NCBI GenBank assembly: GCA_963775465.1
Contig: CAVZIW010000013.1
Coordinates: 32,001-96,000, forward strand
Direction: 5' to 3'
From: Candidatus Bathyarchaeota archaeon
Lineage (GTDB): Archaea > Thermoproteota > Bathyarchaeia > Bathyarchaeales > Bathycorpusculaceae
Length of the DNA stretch: 64,000 nucleotides
This document shows, piece after piece, positions 20,067 to 29,738 of this stretch (the stretch's first letter is position 1; each line of letters opens with the position of its first letter). The notes below the pieces were generated by a model. It made no database searches. It was not told where the DNA came from and saw only the letters and a list, made by a program, of their open reading frames with translations. The position numbers were made by a program, and so were the translations under genes.

Positions 20067-21509
20067 ATGTCTGATACTGGAGTTACCGTCAAGAAGAATC
20101 AAGATTTTAGTGAGTGGTATGTTGAAGTTATCCTAAAAGCTGAACTTGCAGATTACGCCCCTGTCAAAGGATGCATGATTATTCGCCCAGATGCATATGC
20201 CGTTTGGGAGAAAATCCAAGAAGTTGTAAACCAAAAAATCAAAGCTACTGGACATCGTAACACCTATTTCCCGATGTTTATCCCTGAAGCGTTCCTCAAA
20301 AAAGAGGCTGAGCATTTTGAAGGCTTTACTCCAGAAGTGGCATGGATAACTCAGGGCGGAGACACTCCCCTAGAGGAGAAATTGGCGGTTCGCCCTACCA
20401 GCGAAACTATAATGTATGCTATGTTTAGCAAGTGGATTCGTAGTTGGCGTGATTTGCCTCTTAAGATTAACCAGTGGTGTAATATTGTGAGATGGGAAAC
20501 TAAAGCTACTAAATTGTTTTTGCGCACAAGAGAGTTCCTTTGGCAGGAAGGTCACACCGCGCATGCTACAAGTGAAGAAGCTAAAACTGAAGTCATGTGG
20601 GCTCTTAATATGTACAAGGAGGTTGTTGAGAATTATTTAGCAATCCCTGTTATAATTGGCACTAAAAGTGATAGTGAAAAGTTCGCTGGTGCGCTGTATA
20701 CGACGGCTCTTGAATCTATGATGCCGGATGGTAAAGCCTTGCAGATGGGGACTAGCCATAATTTGGGTCAACATTTTGCAAAGGTTTTTGATGTGAAATT
20801 CGTGGGTGAAGACGAGCAGGACCATTTTGTTTGGCAAACCAGTTGGGGGATTACGACAAGGCTTATTGGAGCTATGATTATGGTTCACGGGGATGACAAG
20901 GGTTTGATGATGCCTCCTAAAGTCGCTCCTGTTCAGGTTGTCATCGTTCCTATTCTCTTCAAGGGGGTAGAGGCAGAAGCAATTGCAGCTAAGACAAAAG
21001 AAATTGCTCAAACTCTAAGAGCAGATGGTTTAAGCGTGATTTTGGATGATCGAAATGAGTATACACCTGGTTGGAAGTTTAATCAATGGGAACTCAAGGG
21101 TGTTCCGATCAGGATTGAGCTTGGACCTCGTGATCTCAAACAAGGACAGGTCGTAATTGTTAGACGTGATACTTGCCAGAAAAGCCCTGTTAAAGAAGCA
21201 GACATTTCCGCTAAGGTTGCAGGTTTATTGCAAGAAATACAAGGCAATATGCTTGCTAAAGCCAGAGCAGTTCTGCAAGAAAAAATCACCGTTGTAGATT
21301 CGTACGAGGAATTCAAAAAGGTGCTTTTGGAGAAGGGGGGTTTCTTGAAGGCAGCTTGGTGCGGCAGCTCAGAGTGTGAAGCAAAAGTGAAGGATCAAAC
21401 AGGTGCTACTATCCGAGTGCGACCTTTTGAAGTTGAGGAGCCTACCTCAAGTTGTGTCGTTTGTGGAGTGAAAGCTAAAGAAACTGTGTACTTTGCTAGG
21501 TCGTATTAG
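20067..21509 (+). CDS. proS: Proline--tRNA ligase (archaeal/eukaryal type)
   Basis: RPTSET, FLRTREFLWQEGHT, QMGTSHNLG, C-terminal FARSY. Confidence 0.97.
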   Translation: MSDTGVTVKKNQDFSEWYVEVILKAELADYAPVKGCMIIRPDAYAVWEKIQEVVNQKIKATGHRNTYFPMFIPEAFLKKEAEHFEGFTPEVAWITQGGDTPLEEKLAVRPTSETIMYAMFSKWIRSWRDLPLKINQWCNIVRWETKATKLFLRTREFLWQEGHTAHATSEEAKTEVMWALNMYKEVVENYLAIPVIIGTKSDSEKFAGALYTTALESMMPDGKALQMGTSHNLGQHFAKVFDVKFVGEDEQDHFVWQTSWGITTRLIGAMIMVHGDDKGLMMPPKVAPVQVVIVPILFKGVEAEAIAAKTKEIAQTLRADGLSVILDDRNEYTPGWKFNQWELKGVPIRIELGPRDLKQGQVVIVRRDTCQKSPVKEADISAKVAGLLQEIQGNMLAKARAVLQEKITVVDSYEEFKKVLLEKGGFLKAAWCGSSECEAKVKDQTGATIRVRPFEVEEPTSSCVVCGVKAKETVYFARSY

Positions 21510-21511
21510 AC

Positions 21512-23344
21512 TTATTCTTCCATTTTTACATATTTTTCTAGCTGAATAGCTTCATCTTGCAAGCCTAGCTTTTTGAGGGTGGATTTTTTGGGAACCCCGT
21601 TTTCATCCCATCCTTTTATGGCGTAATAGTTGCTTAGCATTGTTTGATATTTGTCTAAGTCAAGTTTGGAGCCTTTCTGGTTTCCGTCAGTTAATGGTTC
21701 ATTAAACCATCGCAGGGGCGGAACATCTAGGTCGCGGTTCCATCTGTTGCCGTATTCGCGTATCCAGTATGCGCGGATTAAAGTAAGTATACGGTCGCTG
21801 ATTTGATTTATTCTATCTATCGAGAAGTCTTGTCCTGTTGACGCTTTCAGGTATTTTGGGTACCATTCAAGTTGGAGCCCTAGTGGGGTGTAAGGAAAAC
21901 GGCAGACGGTAAATGCTTCAAAAGCTCCGCCGCGGATAAGCTGGTTTTTGATCAGGTATTCTGCTTTTGCTTGGTTGTAGCTGTCTTTTCCTGTTTGGAT
22001 TTCCCACGTTATTATCCAGGCGTCTTTGTGGTGGGCTCCAATTGAGCTTGTTCCATAAGCTAATGCCATGCCGGGAGCAGTGTGGCAGTCGTATGCGCTG
22101 ACTTCTAAGCCCTTAACGTGCATAGCCCAATTGTTTGAGTCTTTGCCGAAAGTTTTGGCTGCAGTTCGTACGCCTTCAGCTAAAGGTACTCCTAAACCTC
22201 GTTTGTATGCAATGTCAGTAATCAAGGTTTTAATTGCTTCAAAATCGCCCCAATCGATTTTCTCAGAGATTACTCCTTTTTGTGAGGATTCCATTGCAAA
22301 TGCTATTACGCTTCCTAATGAGATTGTGTCAAAGCCGTATTCGTCTGCCATTCGGTTTAAGGTGGCAATTTGCTTGAGGTTGCCTAAGCCGATGTTGGAG
22401 CCAAGCATAACTACGTTCTCGTAATCTAACTCTGAGTCTTTGTCTTCGCTGTCTTTGACGATGTTGCCGCAGGTCATGTTGCATTGGGGACAGCCGCGGT
22501 TGGATACTTTAATTTTTTCCATAGTGAAGCCGTTTATGTCTTCTGCTTTGTCGAATACTCCTTCTTTGAAGTTACGGGTGGGAAGGCAACTGTTTTCTTG
22601 ACACCAATCGACTGTGTTCATGGTGCCTTGGCGTTTCCAGAAAGAGTAGTTCGGTTTAGTTAGGATTTCTTTGTAGCCTTCAATTGCTAGTTGTTTCATT
22701 TCTTGCGGGTATGTAAGGGTGATTGGCTGTGTACCTTCAATTACGAGGGCTTTTAGGTTTTTGCTTCCCATGACTGCGCCCATTCCGGGGCGACCACCTG
22801 CTCGACCTTCTTGAGAAACCACTGTCGCGAATCGGACCAGGTTCTCTCCTGCTTGGCCTATCGAGATTATTCCAGCTAACTTGGAGGATTTCATTCTGAG
22901 TTTTTCTTCTGTTTCAAAGGAGTTCTTTCCCCACAGATCCTTTGCATCTAAGAATTCGCAGGTTTTGTTTTTTATTTGGATTATTACTGGAGTGGGTGCT
23001 TTGCCTTCGATTATGAGTGCGTCGTAACCTGCTTTGCGTATGTTCACTGCTGCCCATGAACCTGTGTTTCCGTCGCCGTAGCCGCCTGTTAGAGGGCTTT
23101 TTGATGCAATTACGAGTTTTCCGCTGTTGGGTAACCCTATGCCTGTCAAGGGACCTGTTGCGAAAATTAGTAGGTTTTCAGGAGTTAATGGGTCGGTTCC
23201 GGCTTTGAGTCTGTCCCATAGGATTTTTGCTGCGAATCCTCTGCCGCCTAAAAAATTTGAAGCTAAGCGTTCTTCGTAGTGTTCGATGGTTGATTTGCTG
23301 TTAGTTAGATCTATTTTTAGAAAAGAACCTGTCCAGCCTTTCAT
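21512..23344 (-). CDS. aor: Tungsten aldehyde:ferredoxin oxidoreductase family
   Basis: KSPLTGGYG, GRPGMGAVMGSKNLKA, CPQCNMTC, DEYGFDTIS, HVKGLE. Confidence 0.92.
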   Translation of the reverse strand: MKGWTGSFLKIDLTNSKSTIEHYEERLASNFLGGRGFAAKILWDRLKAGTDPLTPENLLIFATGPLTGIGLPNSGKLVIASKSPLTGGYGDGNTGSWAAVNIRKAGYDALIIEGKAPTPVIIQIKNKTCEFLDAKDLWGKNSFETEEKLRMKSSKLAGIISIGQAGENLVRFATVVSQEGRAGGRPGMGAVMGSKNLKALVIEGTQPITLTYPQEMKQLAIEGYKEILTKPNYSFWKRQGTMNTVDWCQENSCLPTRNFKEGVFDKAEDINGFTMEKIKVSNRGCPQCNMTCGNIVKDSEDKDSELDYENVVMLGSNIGLGNLKQIATLNRMADEYGFDTISLGSVIAFAMESSQKGVISEKIDWGDFEAIKTLITDIAYKRGLGVPLAEGVRTAAKTFGKDSNNWAMHVKGLEVSAYDCHTAPGMALAYGTSSIGAHHKDAWIITWEIQTGKDSYNQAKAEYLIKNQLIRGGAFEAFTVCRFPYTPLGLQLEWYPKYLKASTGQDFSIDRINQISDRILTLIRAYWIREYGNRWNRDLDVPPLRWFNEPLTDGNQKGSKLDLDKYQTMLSNYYAIKGWDENGVPKKSTLKKLGLQDEAIQLEKYVKMEE

Positions 23345-23573
23345 GGGACTAAAAAATACATCGGGAAGATAAAAATGTGCTTAGAATAGCAGTAAGGGTT
23401 TGTTAGTAGATTGTGTCTTGATGTTTGTTTTGAACTGTTTTTGGTGTTGGACCAGCTATTGATGAATATTACTTTGTTAAATTGGTAGTGTTGTTAACTG
23501 GTTGAGTGAAAATGAAGAATTTTTGTAAACATTTTATAGTCTGTCCATCTTTTGTTTGGGTCGGTGAAAGGTT

Positions 23574-25052
23574 TTGGGTGAAAATGATCGTCGTGCTACG
23601 CCTGAGCGGGTTCCGTTAGAGAGAGTTAACGATTACATGTGGGAGATTCCAAAGTACAAGTCGCAGATGAAAGTTCCTGGCATGATTTTTGCCAATCAGG
23701 CGTTGCTTGAGAAGATGCAGACGGATCGAACACTTTGGCAATGTTCTAATGTGGCGCAGCTTCCGGGGATATACAAGTATGCTGTGACTTTGCCTGATGG
23801 TCATGAGGGTTATGGGTTTCCAATCGGTGGTGTAGCAGCAACTGATTACGAAAATGGAGTGATCAGTCCCGGTGGAGTTGGATATGACATAAACTGTGGG
23901 GTTCGTCTTTTGTCGACAAGATTGGTTGAAAAAGATGTTCGTGCCAAATTGTCGGCGTTGGCGGAGAAAATTTTTCGGAATGTTCCTTCTGGGTTGGGAA
24001 GTCGGAGAAAGGACTTCACTATCTCTTCTCACGATTTGGAAACATTGGTTGTTGAGGGTGTGCAGTGGCTTATTGATCGAGGTCTTGGCTGGCAGGGTGA
24101 TGATGAACATTGTGAAGAGAGTGGCCAAATGGCGAATGCTAACCCTGATAAAGTCTCAAATACTGCAAAGAAGAGAGGTTTAACTCAAATTGGGACCTTG
24201 GGTTCAGGGAACCATTTTTTGGAAATTCAAAAAGTTGACAAGATTTTTAATCCGAAAACTGCGAAAGCCTTTGGAATTGAGGAGGAGGGGCAAGTTATGG
24301 TTATGATTCATTGTGGTTCCAGAGGGTATGGACATCAAGTCTGCTCAGATTATTTGCGGGTTATGGAGCATGCTGTTCAGAAATACAAGATATCTTTGCC
24401 TGATCGTGAGTTAGCCTGTGCGCCTGGCAGTAGTGGTGAAGCTAGAGATTACATTGAGGCCATGGCGTGTGCTGTGAATTATGCGTTTTGTAACCGGCAA
24501 GCGATTATGCATTGGGTGCGTCAGAGTTTTCAGCAAGTTTACGGTGAAGACTCGGAAAAATTCGGTTTAAAGCTTGTTTATGATGTGGCGCATAACATTG
24601 CCAAGACTGAAGAGCATGACATTGATGGGGTAACTAGGAAGGTTTGGGTTCACCGCAAAGGAGCTACCCGGGCTTTTCCTGCTGGGCATCCTGACGTTCC
24701 AGATGATTACCGCAGTGAGGGGCAACCAGTCTTGATTCCGGGCAGCATGGGTACGAGTTCTTGGGTTTTGGTTGGTTCTCAGAAAGCTATGGATTTGACT
24801 TTTGGTTCAACGGCTCATGGTGCTGGGAGAATGATGAGTCGTTCAGCTGCTAAGAGGAAATATTGGGGAGGTGACATAAAGGCTGGTTTGGAGAAACGTG
24901 GCATTGTAGTTCGTGCAGCGAGTGCTTCGGTGTTGGCTGAAGAGGCTGATTCTGCTTACAAGAATGTGGATGTCGTTGCTGATGTTAGCGACAAGGTGGG
25001 GATTGCAACTAAGGTTGCTAGGTTGGTTCCGTTGGCCGTTGTGAAGGGCTAG
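23574..25052 (+). CDS. rtcB: RtcB RNA/tRNA-splicing ligase
   Basis: PDGHEGYGFPIGG, DINCGVR, GSGNHF, HCGSRG, HNIAK, HRKGAT, HGAGR. Confidence 0.97.
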   Translation: MGENDRRATPERVPLERVNDYMWEIPKYKSQMKVPGMIFANQALLEKMQTDRTLWQCSNVAQLPGIYKYAVTLPDGHEGYGFPIGGVAATDYENGVISPGGVGYDINCGVRLLSTRLVEKDVRAKLSALAEKIFRNVPSGLGSRRKDFTISSHDLETLVVEGVQWLIDRGLGWQGDDEHCEESGQMANANPDKVSNTAKKRGLTQIGTLGSGNHFLEIQKVDKIFNPKTAKAFGIEEEGQVMVMIHCGSRGYGHQVCSDYLRVMEHAVQKYKISLPDRELACAPGSSGEARDYIEAMACAVNYAFCNRQAIMHWVRQSFQQVYGEDSEKFGLKLVYDVAHNIAKTEEHDIDGVTRKVWVHRKGATRAFPAGHPDVPDDYRSEGQPVLIPGSMGTSSWVLVGSQKAMDLTFGSTAHGAGRMMSRSAAKRKYWGGDIKAGLEKRGIVVRAASASVLAEEADSAYKNVDVVADVSDKVGIATKVARLVPLAVVKG

Positions 25053-25082
25053 CGGAACGTTTGTTTGTTAGTGGGTCGCTAG

Positions 25083-25131
25083 TTTTTTTCTTCTTTTTTT
25101 TGGGTTTTTGTTTTGGTTGTTGTGGAATGCT
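25083..25131 (+). terminator. Oligo-T terminator region after rtcB
   Basis: Multiple T-runs (TTTTTTTCTTCTTTTTTTT...) directly downstream of the stop. Confidence 0.5.
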
Positions 25132-25394
25132 ATTGTGTTGCATTTTTTTTGGTTTGTTTTAAGTTTGGTTTTTGGGTTTAGGTTTTTATTCAGTTGCGGT
25201 TTGGTTGTAGTTGTTGAACATTTTCCGGGTATTATTTTTTTTAAGATGGTTTTTGGAAGAGGAATTGGCTAGTAGAGGCGGTGATATTTCTAAGCGTTAG
25301 TTCTCTTTTGTTAGTAACAAGTCTGTGGGTAAAGCAAAGATTAACCTTAATATCCTCAGAAATCGCATGGTAAGTTAAGGCATTTTTCAGTTGG

Positions 25395-26060
25395 GTGTTT
25401 GCGTTGAAGGATGAATGCGGCATCTGCGGCAGAGTCATGCGGACAACGTATATGCGGCAGTGTCAACGTTGCAGGAAAATGTTTTGTCGAGACTGCATGA
25501 CACCCGACATTGCTACTGGCGATCCAAATGTGATGCTTTGTTTGCACTGTGCTAGGCGGATTGTGGCGCCGAGAACTTTCTCGAAGTATGCTGGGCTTGA
25601 AAGACACCTAAAGTTTAGAGCTGCCTTCACAAACGTCGTGAAGCTTTCCTTTGCACGCATCGATGGACTAATCGGAAGCAACCTTCCAATGGGTGCTTAT
25701 CGTGATTCGTTTTGGTGGAGTAACGTTTCTTCGAGTGCACATGCAAAAGCTTGGCTAAATGCGGGTTGGGAGGTTCAGGAAGTAAACCTGAAAGAAGGGG
25801 TCGTTGTTTTTCATAAAGTCAGAGAAGTAGCCCGCAAAAAAATTAGAAGAAAAAACCTTGAGATCACACAGCCCTTTACGCCTGTGCCGGTTCATGTTCC
25901 GCGTTCTAAGGTGCCTTCGAAAACCAAGGTTTCAAAGCTTTATGCGCGAATCAAGAATCTTGAGCGGCAACGTAATATGGGTCGTCAACCTATCAGGGGT
26001 TTTAAGCCTAAATCGAATTATCAGAAGCGACTTTTTAAGAACAATGAAAAACCAAAATAA
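25395..26060 (+). CDS. Zn-finger (4x CxxC) + DUF7662-like domain + basic tail
   Basis: CGIC/CQRC/CRDC/CLHC followed by SKY..L..L...LSF..I..LIG..LP..A....WWSN...HAKAWLNAGW. Confidence 0.75.
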   Translation: MFALKDECGICGRVMRTTYMRQCQRCRKMFCRDCMTPDIATGDPNVMLCLHCARRIVAPRTFSKYAGLERHLKFRAAFTNVVKLSFARIDGLIGSNLPMGAYRDSFWWSNVSSSAHAKAWLNAGWEVQEVNLKEGVVVFHKVREVARKKIRRKNLEITQPFTPVPVHVPRSKVPSKTKVSKLYARIKNLERQRNMGRQPIRGFKPKSNYQKRLFKNNEKPK

Positions 26061-26092
26061 CATCAAATAACTAATTGGTTTAGGGTGTCCTG

Positions 26093-26620
26093 TTGCTTGA
26101 GCAAATCGTTAACTTAACAGTCCAAGAAGCATATGATAAAATAAGGACAGCCTTGTCTGAGGAAAATTGTAGATTTCTTTCTGAGAAATCTCTTAGGCAG
26201 ATCATCGTTAAGCAAGGGTCACTGTGGGGAATCTCACCCAAGACCGCAAAGAAAACTATTCAGATAGATTTAGAGCCAACTGACAATGGAACCAAAGTTA
26301 ATTGCATATCCAAATTGTCTTCGGATTGGAAAAATATCACTCTAATCGGCTGCGTGTTGGCAGCTATTCTTGTGGGGCTATGTATATGGATGGTTATTGA
26401 TCTTACCGCTTTTATGTCAACAAATGTTCAGAGTGTTTGGAGTTGGCTGGTTACTGAGGGTGGAAATGTAAATGTTTTGGGGGGAAAAGCCTTCATTAAT
26501 TTGGCGTGGGAATTAGCGGTTTTTCTTACAATTGTTATTGTGTTAGAAGCAGTGATTGTGGTTTATGTTAGATCTAAAATCGATTTATTTGCCTCTAAAA
26601 TCCTCAGGGCGTTAAGTTAA
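26093..26620 (+). CDS. Membrane protein (soluble N-domain + 2 TM)
   Basis: Two hydrophobic segments in the C-terminal half. Confidence 0.75.
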   Translation: MLEQIVNLTVQEAYDKIRTALSEENCRFLSEKSLRQIIVKQGSLWGISPKTAKKTIQIDLEPTDNGTKVNCISKLSSDWKNITLIGCVLAAILVGLCIWMVIDLTAFMSTNVQSVWSWLVTEGGNVNVLGGKAFINLAWELAVFLTIVIVLEAVIVVYVRSKIDLFASKILRALS

Positions 26621-26641
26621 GGCGTTGTATGGTTGGGTTTC

Positions 26642-27781
26642 TTAACCTGTTTTCTTCCCACATTGTTGGCAAAAAACTGCGTAGTTTTTGTTGTTTGCCC
26701 CACAAAATACGCAGAATTTGCTTTCCTCAGAATTTGAGTTTGTCGTTTGAGTTGAAGTTTCTTTGGGTGAAGGTTCCGTTTTTAGTAGAATTGGCTTTTG
26801 TTTTGGTCGTCTAACTGACCAAACGGCAAGCGCAATCGATGTAACTATTGCAAATGCTAAAAGTATAAACAATGGGAGATTTTCGGAAATTAAGTTAACT
26901 GATAGACGTAAAACGGGCTGGATTGTTGGTTTTGTGACGTTGGGGGATGTAGTTTCGTTTGGGTTAGGGTTAACTGTTGGTGTTGGTACGGTAGAGACGC
27001 TTCGACCATTGGTCGGTGAAGGTTCATTATCTGGATTTATTATAACATTTGGCACAAACTGTTTGGTCTCATCTATGCTGTAGATGTATGCGCTTTGACC
27101 TTGGAATTCGGTTGGTATCTGCCCAATCTTGAAGCCATCCCCGGTCGTTTCACAGTAATAGTATGTGTTGTTGGAGCCTTCAGGGTAGGTCCAGTAGGTT
27201 CCCTTAAGGTTTTCTCCTAATATGCCGACGGCGTAATGGTTGGGCGGGTTTAGGTAAACAGTGCCATAGCCCATTATGAGCGTTAACGTTGCAAAGAGAA
27301 TGGATGTGTCTTCGCAGTCTCCACCATCATCCACTAAAGTTTCAATGGGAAATCGAGGGTATTCGTCGGAGCCTGTTGTTACTTTGTCAGATGTATAGGG
27401 CAAGCTTTGAACGAAAGCTAAGACGAAACTGACTTGGTCATATGAGTTGTATTCTAGCTGTGTAGTTGTTTCGTTTAATTTCTGGGCTAAAACACGCATG
27501 TAATAATCATCGGTGGTTGTCATAAATCCATAGCCTGCGGGTCCGTTGCGTGTTCGGGTGGAATCTGGTACTGCCCTGTAAGCGGCGTAAAGATCGACAG
27601 GAATGCTTAGGTTCCATGTCCAGTGGTTGCCGTCATAATCCCAAGCAAATGATTTTTCGTAGTATTGCGTAGTCTGTGCTGCCACTGGGCGGAAAAGAAT
27701 TATGGGCAGCGATATGATGAGCACTAAGCCAATTATTGCCAGAAATCTGATTGGAGGTTGCTTTAAAGAGAGTTTTTTCAT
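26642..27781 (-). CDS. Secreted transglutaminase-like (Cys-His-acid) protein with TM anchor and C-terminal Zn ribbon
   Basis: Signal peptide, GDCED, NHYAVG, YYCETT, P/T linker, TM, CVFCG...CQQCG. Confidence 0.8.
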   Translation of the reverse strand: MKKLSLKQPPIRFLAIIGLVLIISLPIILFRPVAAQTTQYYEKSFAWDYDGNHWTWNLSIPVDLYAAYRAVPDSTRTRNGPAGYGFMTTTDDYYMRVLAQKLNETTTQLEYNSYDQVSFVLAFVQSLPYTSDKVTTGSDEYPRFPIETLVDDGGDCEDTSILFATLTLIMGYGTVYLNPPNHYAVGILGENLKGTYWTYPEGSNNTYYYCETTGDGFKIGQIPTEFQGQSAYIYSIDETKQFVPNVIINPDNEPSPTNGRSVSTVPTPTVNPNPNETTSPNVTKPTIQPVLRLSVNLISENLPLFILLAFAIVTSIALAVWSVRRPKQKPILLKTEPSPKETSTQTTNSNSEESKFCVFCGANNKNYAVFCQQCGKKTG

Positions 27782-27837
27782 TTTGACCGTCGATGCTTGT
27801 AACTTTTGGAGTTCCAGTGTTTAAAAGTTCTCCCAAA

Positions 27838-28314
27838 TCATGCCTTGACAGGTTTTGTTGAACTGTTAGACGAGGAGAGAAAACTGTATGCAGTGACCAG
27901 AAAAAGGCAAATCATTACCAAAACTCCCGTGTAGGAAAAGTTGCTGAAAAGTGACAAAATCAAAGTCACAAGAGGCAATGGAAATAATAGAGCATAAATG
28001 AATATGATAAAGGCAAGCTTGTTACCTACACTTTCTTTTTTTATGTAGCTTTTTCCGAAAAATACTCCAGCTAATCTCCCAAAGCCGCTAGTGCAGGTTT
28101 TGCATTTGTAGCAGTTGCTGCAGCTGATTCGGCGTAAAACCAAGTAGATGAGGAAAGCTAATATAAGCAAGTAAATCCAGCCGGCTATTTGATTGTAAAG
28201 GAGAACACTTAAGAAAGCAAGAAACACCCATGCGAGAAGTCCAAGGTTGCCTCCGATGAGGAATTTTCGGTTGAATCTAAGTTTTTCTTCAGTCAACACT
28301 TTCCCTTCAATCAA
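27838..28314 (-). CDS. 4-TM membrane protein with CxxCxxCxxC loop
   Basis: Hydrophobic helices flanking CSNCYKCKTC. Confidence 0.75.
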   Translation of the reverse strand: MIEGKVLTEEKLRFNRKFLIGGNLGLLAWVFLAFLSVLLYNQIAGWIYLLILAFLIYLVLRRISCSNCYKCKTCTSGFGRLAGVFFGKSYIKKESVGNKLAFIIFIYALLFPLPLVTLILSLFSNFSYTGVLVMICLFLVTAYSFLSSSNSSTKPVKA

Positions 28315-28383
28315 AAAACCAACGATTCAATTATAGATTATTTGTTTAGGCAATAGTTTAGGACAGATTTATTTTAGGTTTGT

Positions 28384-28665
28384 TTATTTTTGTTTGATTA
28401 TTCCATAGCTTTGTTTTTTCCAGGCATCACGGAACTTATTATAGTAGTCTATTGGTTGAAAAACTGGTGCGTATATTAATGACCATTCAAGTCCGCATTT
28501 GCATAAGGCATATACTTTTTTATTTTTAACATCCGCCAAAATCTGAAGAAGCTCTTTTCGGCATTTAGGACAGTAGTAGGGTCCATTCACCATTTGTTTA
28601 GCATCTTTGGTTAGGATTTTCATTCGGCTGCCTGGAAGTTTTTGTTTGCCTTTATCTGAACTCAT
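28384..28665 (-). CDS. Elf1-like Zn-ribbon transcription elongation factor homolog
   Basis: Basic N-terminus, YYCPKC..LLQI.D.K.K...ALCKCGL...PVFQPIDYYNKFRD fits the Elf1 pattern; start placed at MSSDK. Confidence 0.65.
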   Translation of the reverse strand: MSSDKGKQKLPGSRMKILTKDAKQMVNGPYYCPKCRKELLQILADVKNKKVYALCKCGLEWSLIYAPVFQPIDYYNKFRDAWKKQSYGIIKQK

Positions 28666-28876
28666 CTTTGAATCCACTAGTGCATAGTCTCTGGGCAAGA
28701 TATACCATTCCATTCTAAAACTAAAATTAGCAATTTTTAACAAAAGATGTTAACAAGACTTTCAATCTAAATTACTAGATATCGTTTGGAAACGGGTGTT
28801 ACTGGCAGATAAGGGGATAACTTACTGATTAGAAGTTCATAAAGCAATTAAGTAGAAAAAATCTGAATATGTACAG

Positions 28877-29503
28877 TTGGAAGAGCCCCAAATGAGCAAA
28901 AAACAAGTAGGTAATATTGCTGAATATCTAAACTGCCAGAGCATCTTAGAGAGTCAAACTAGTCTGCTGTACAAGACTTTATCGGATAAGGTTGAATTTC
29001 CGCTCATAAAGACCCTTTTAAAAGAAATTGAGTTGGATAGCAAGAAACACTCCTTCCTCCTCAAGGGAGTAAGCGAGAGCATTAATCAGGCGAGAAGCAC
29101 ACAAAAAGAATGCGCAAAATCAAATCAAACTCTGCAAACAATAAGCAATATTCTTAAAGAATTGGCCAACATAGAAAAAGTTGACTCTGGGGATTTGAAT
29201 AAACTTAGTGAAATATTTGTAACTTTGGAAACAGAGATGGGTGAAGAATACTACATGCTGGTTCAAATGAAAACACTGGAAAGAATGACGAAGATAATAA
29301 ACGAAGAATACACTATTGATTTAACTAAAGTAAAAAGCATTTTCTTAAAAATCATTGAGGATGAAGAACGTCACATAGAGATACTTGAGACGATTAAGCA
29401 GCTGACAACTAAAAAAGAACAGGCAAGCAATGCTCCCTTTGTGAAGTTTCGAAATCCAGATGCGTGGTTCAAACCTAAGCCATCTTCTGTATACGAGTAT
29501 TAG
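28877..29503 (+). CDS. Ferritin-like (rubrerythrin-type helical bundle) protein
   Basis: EIELDSKKH and EDEERH motifs in helical repeats. Confidence 0.7.
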   Translation: MEEPQMSKKQVGNIAEYLNCQSILESQTSLLYKTLSDKVEFPLIKTLLKEIELDSKKHSFLLKGVSESINQARSTQKECAKSNQTLQTISNILKELANIEKVDSGDLNKLSEIFVTLETEMGEEYYMLVQMKTLERMTKIINEEYTIDLTKVKSIFLKIIEDEERHIEILETIKQLTTKKEQASNAPFVKFRNPDAWFKPKPSSVYEY

Positions 29504-29738
29504 AAAGCAGTAACTTAATACATGATCTACTTCAAAAAAGTTGTTTAATAATTTTTAACCAATTTACTAGATTTCTGATTGAATTTCTATTGACTTTGTA
29601 GGAAAATAGAGGTTGTCATAAGTGTTAGTTAGATAAATTACTTTTATCATAACTATTGAATAAGCATTGGTGTGAATTACTATGTTTATTAAACTAGTCT
29701 TAAAATAGTATGATTAACATGTATTTAGTGTGAATTAT

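Noticed and set aside
23459-23545. TGATGA ... ATGAAGA resembling C/C' boxes of a C/D sRNA
   Set aside because: No properly placed terminal CTGA D box
28356-28364. GTTTAGGAC matching the tRNA-Gly D arm at the island's left edge (possible att)
   Set aside because: Only 9 nt; too short to distinguish from chance
29627-29654. AGTTAGATAA-N7-TTATCATAACT and GTGCATAA-N5-TTATCGCAC (about 36948) as dif-like sites
   Set aside because: Spacers are 7 and 5 nt rather than 6; at most operators
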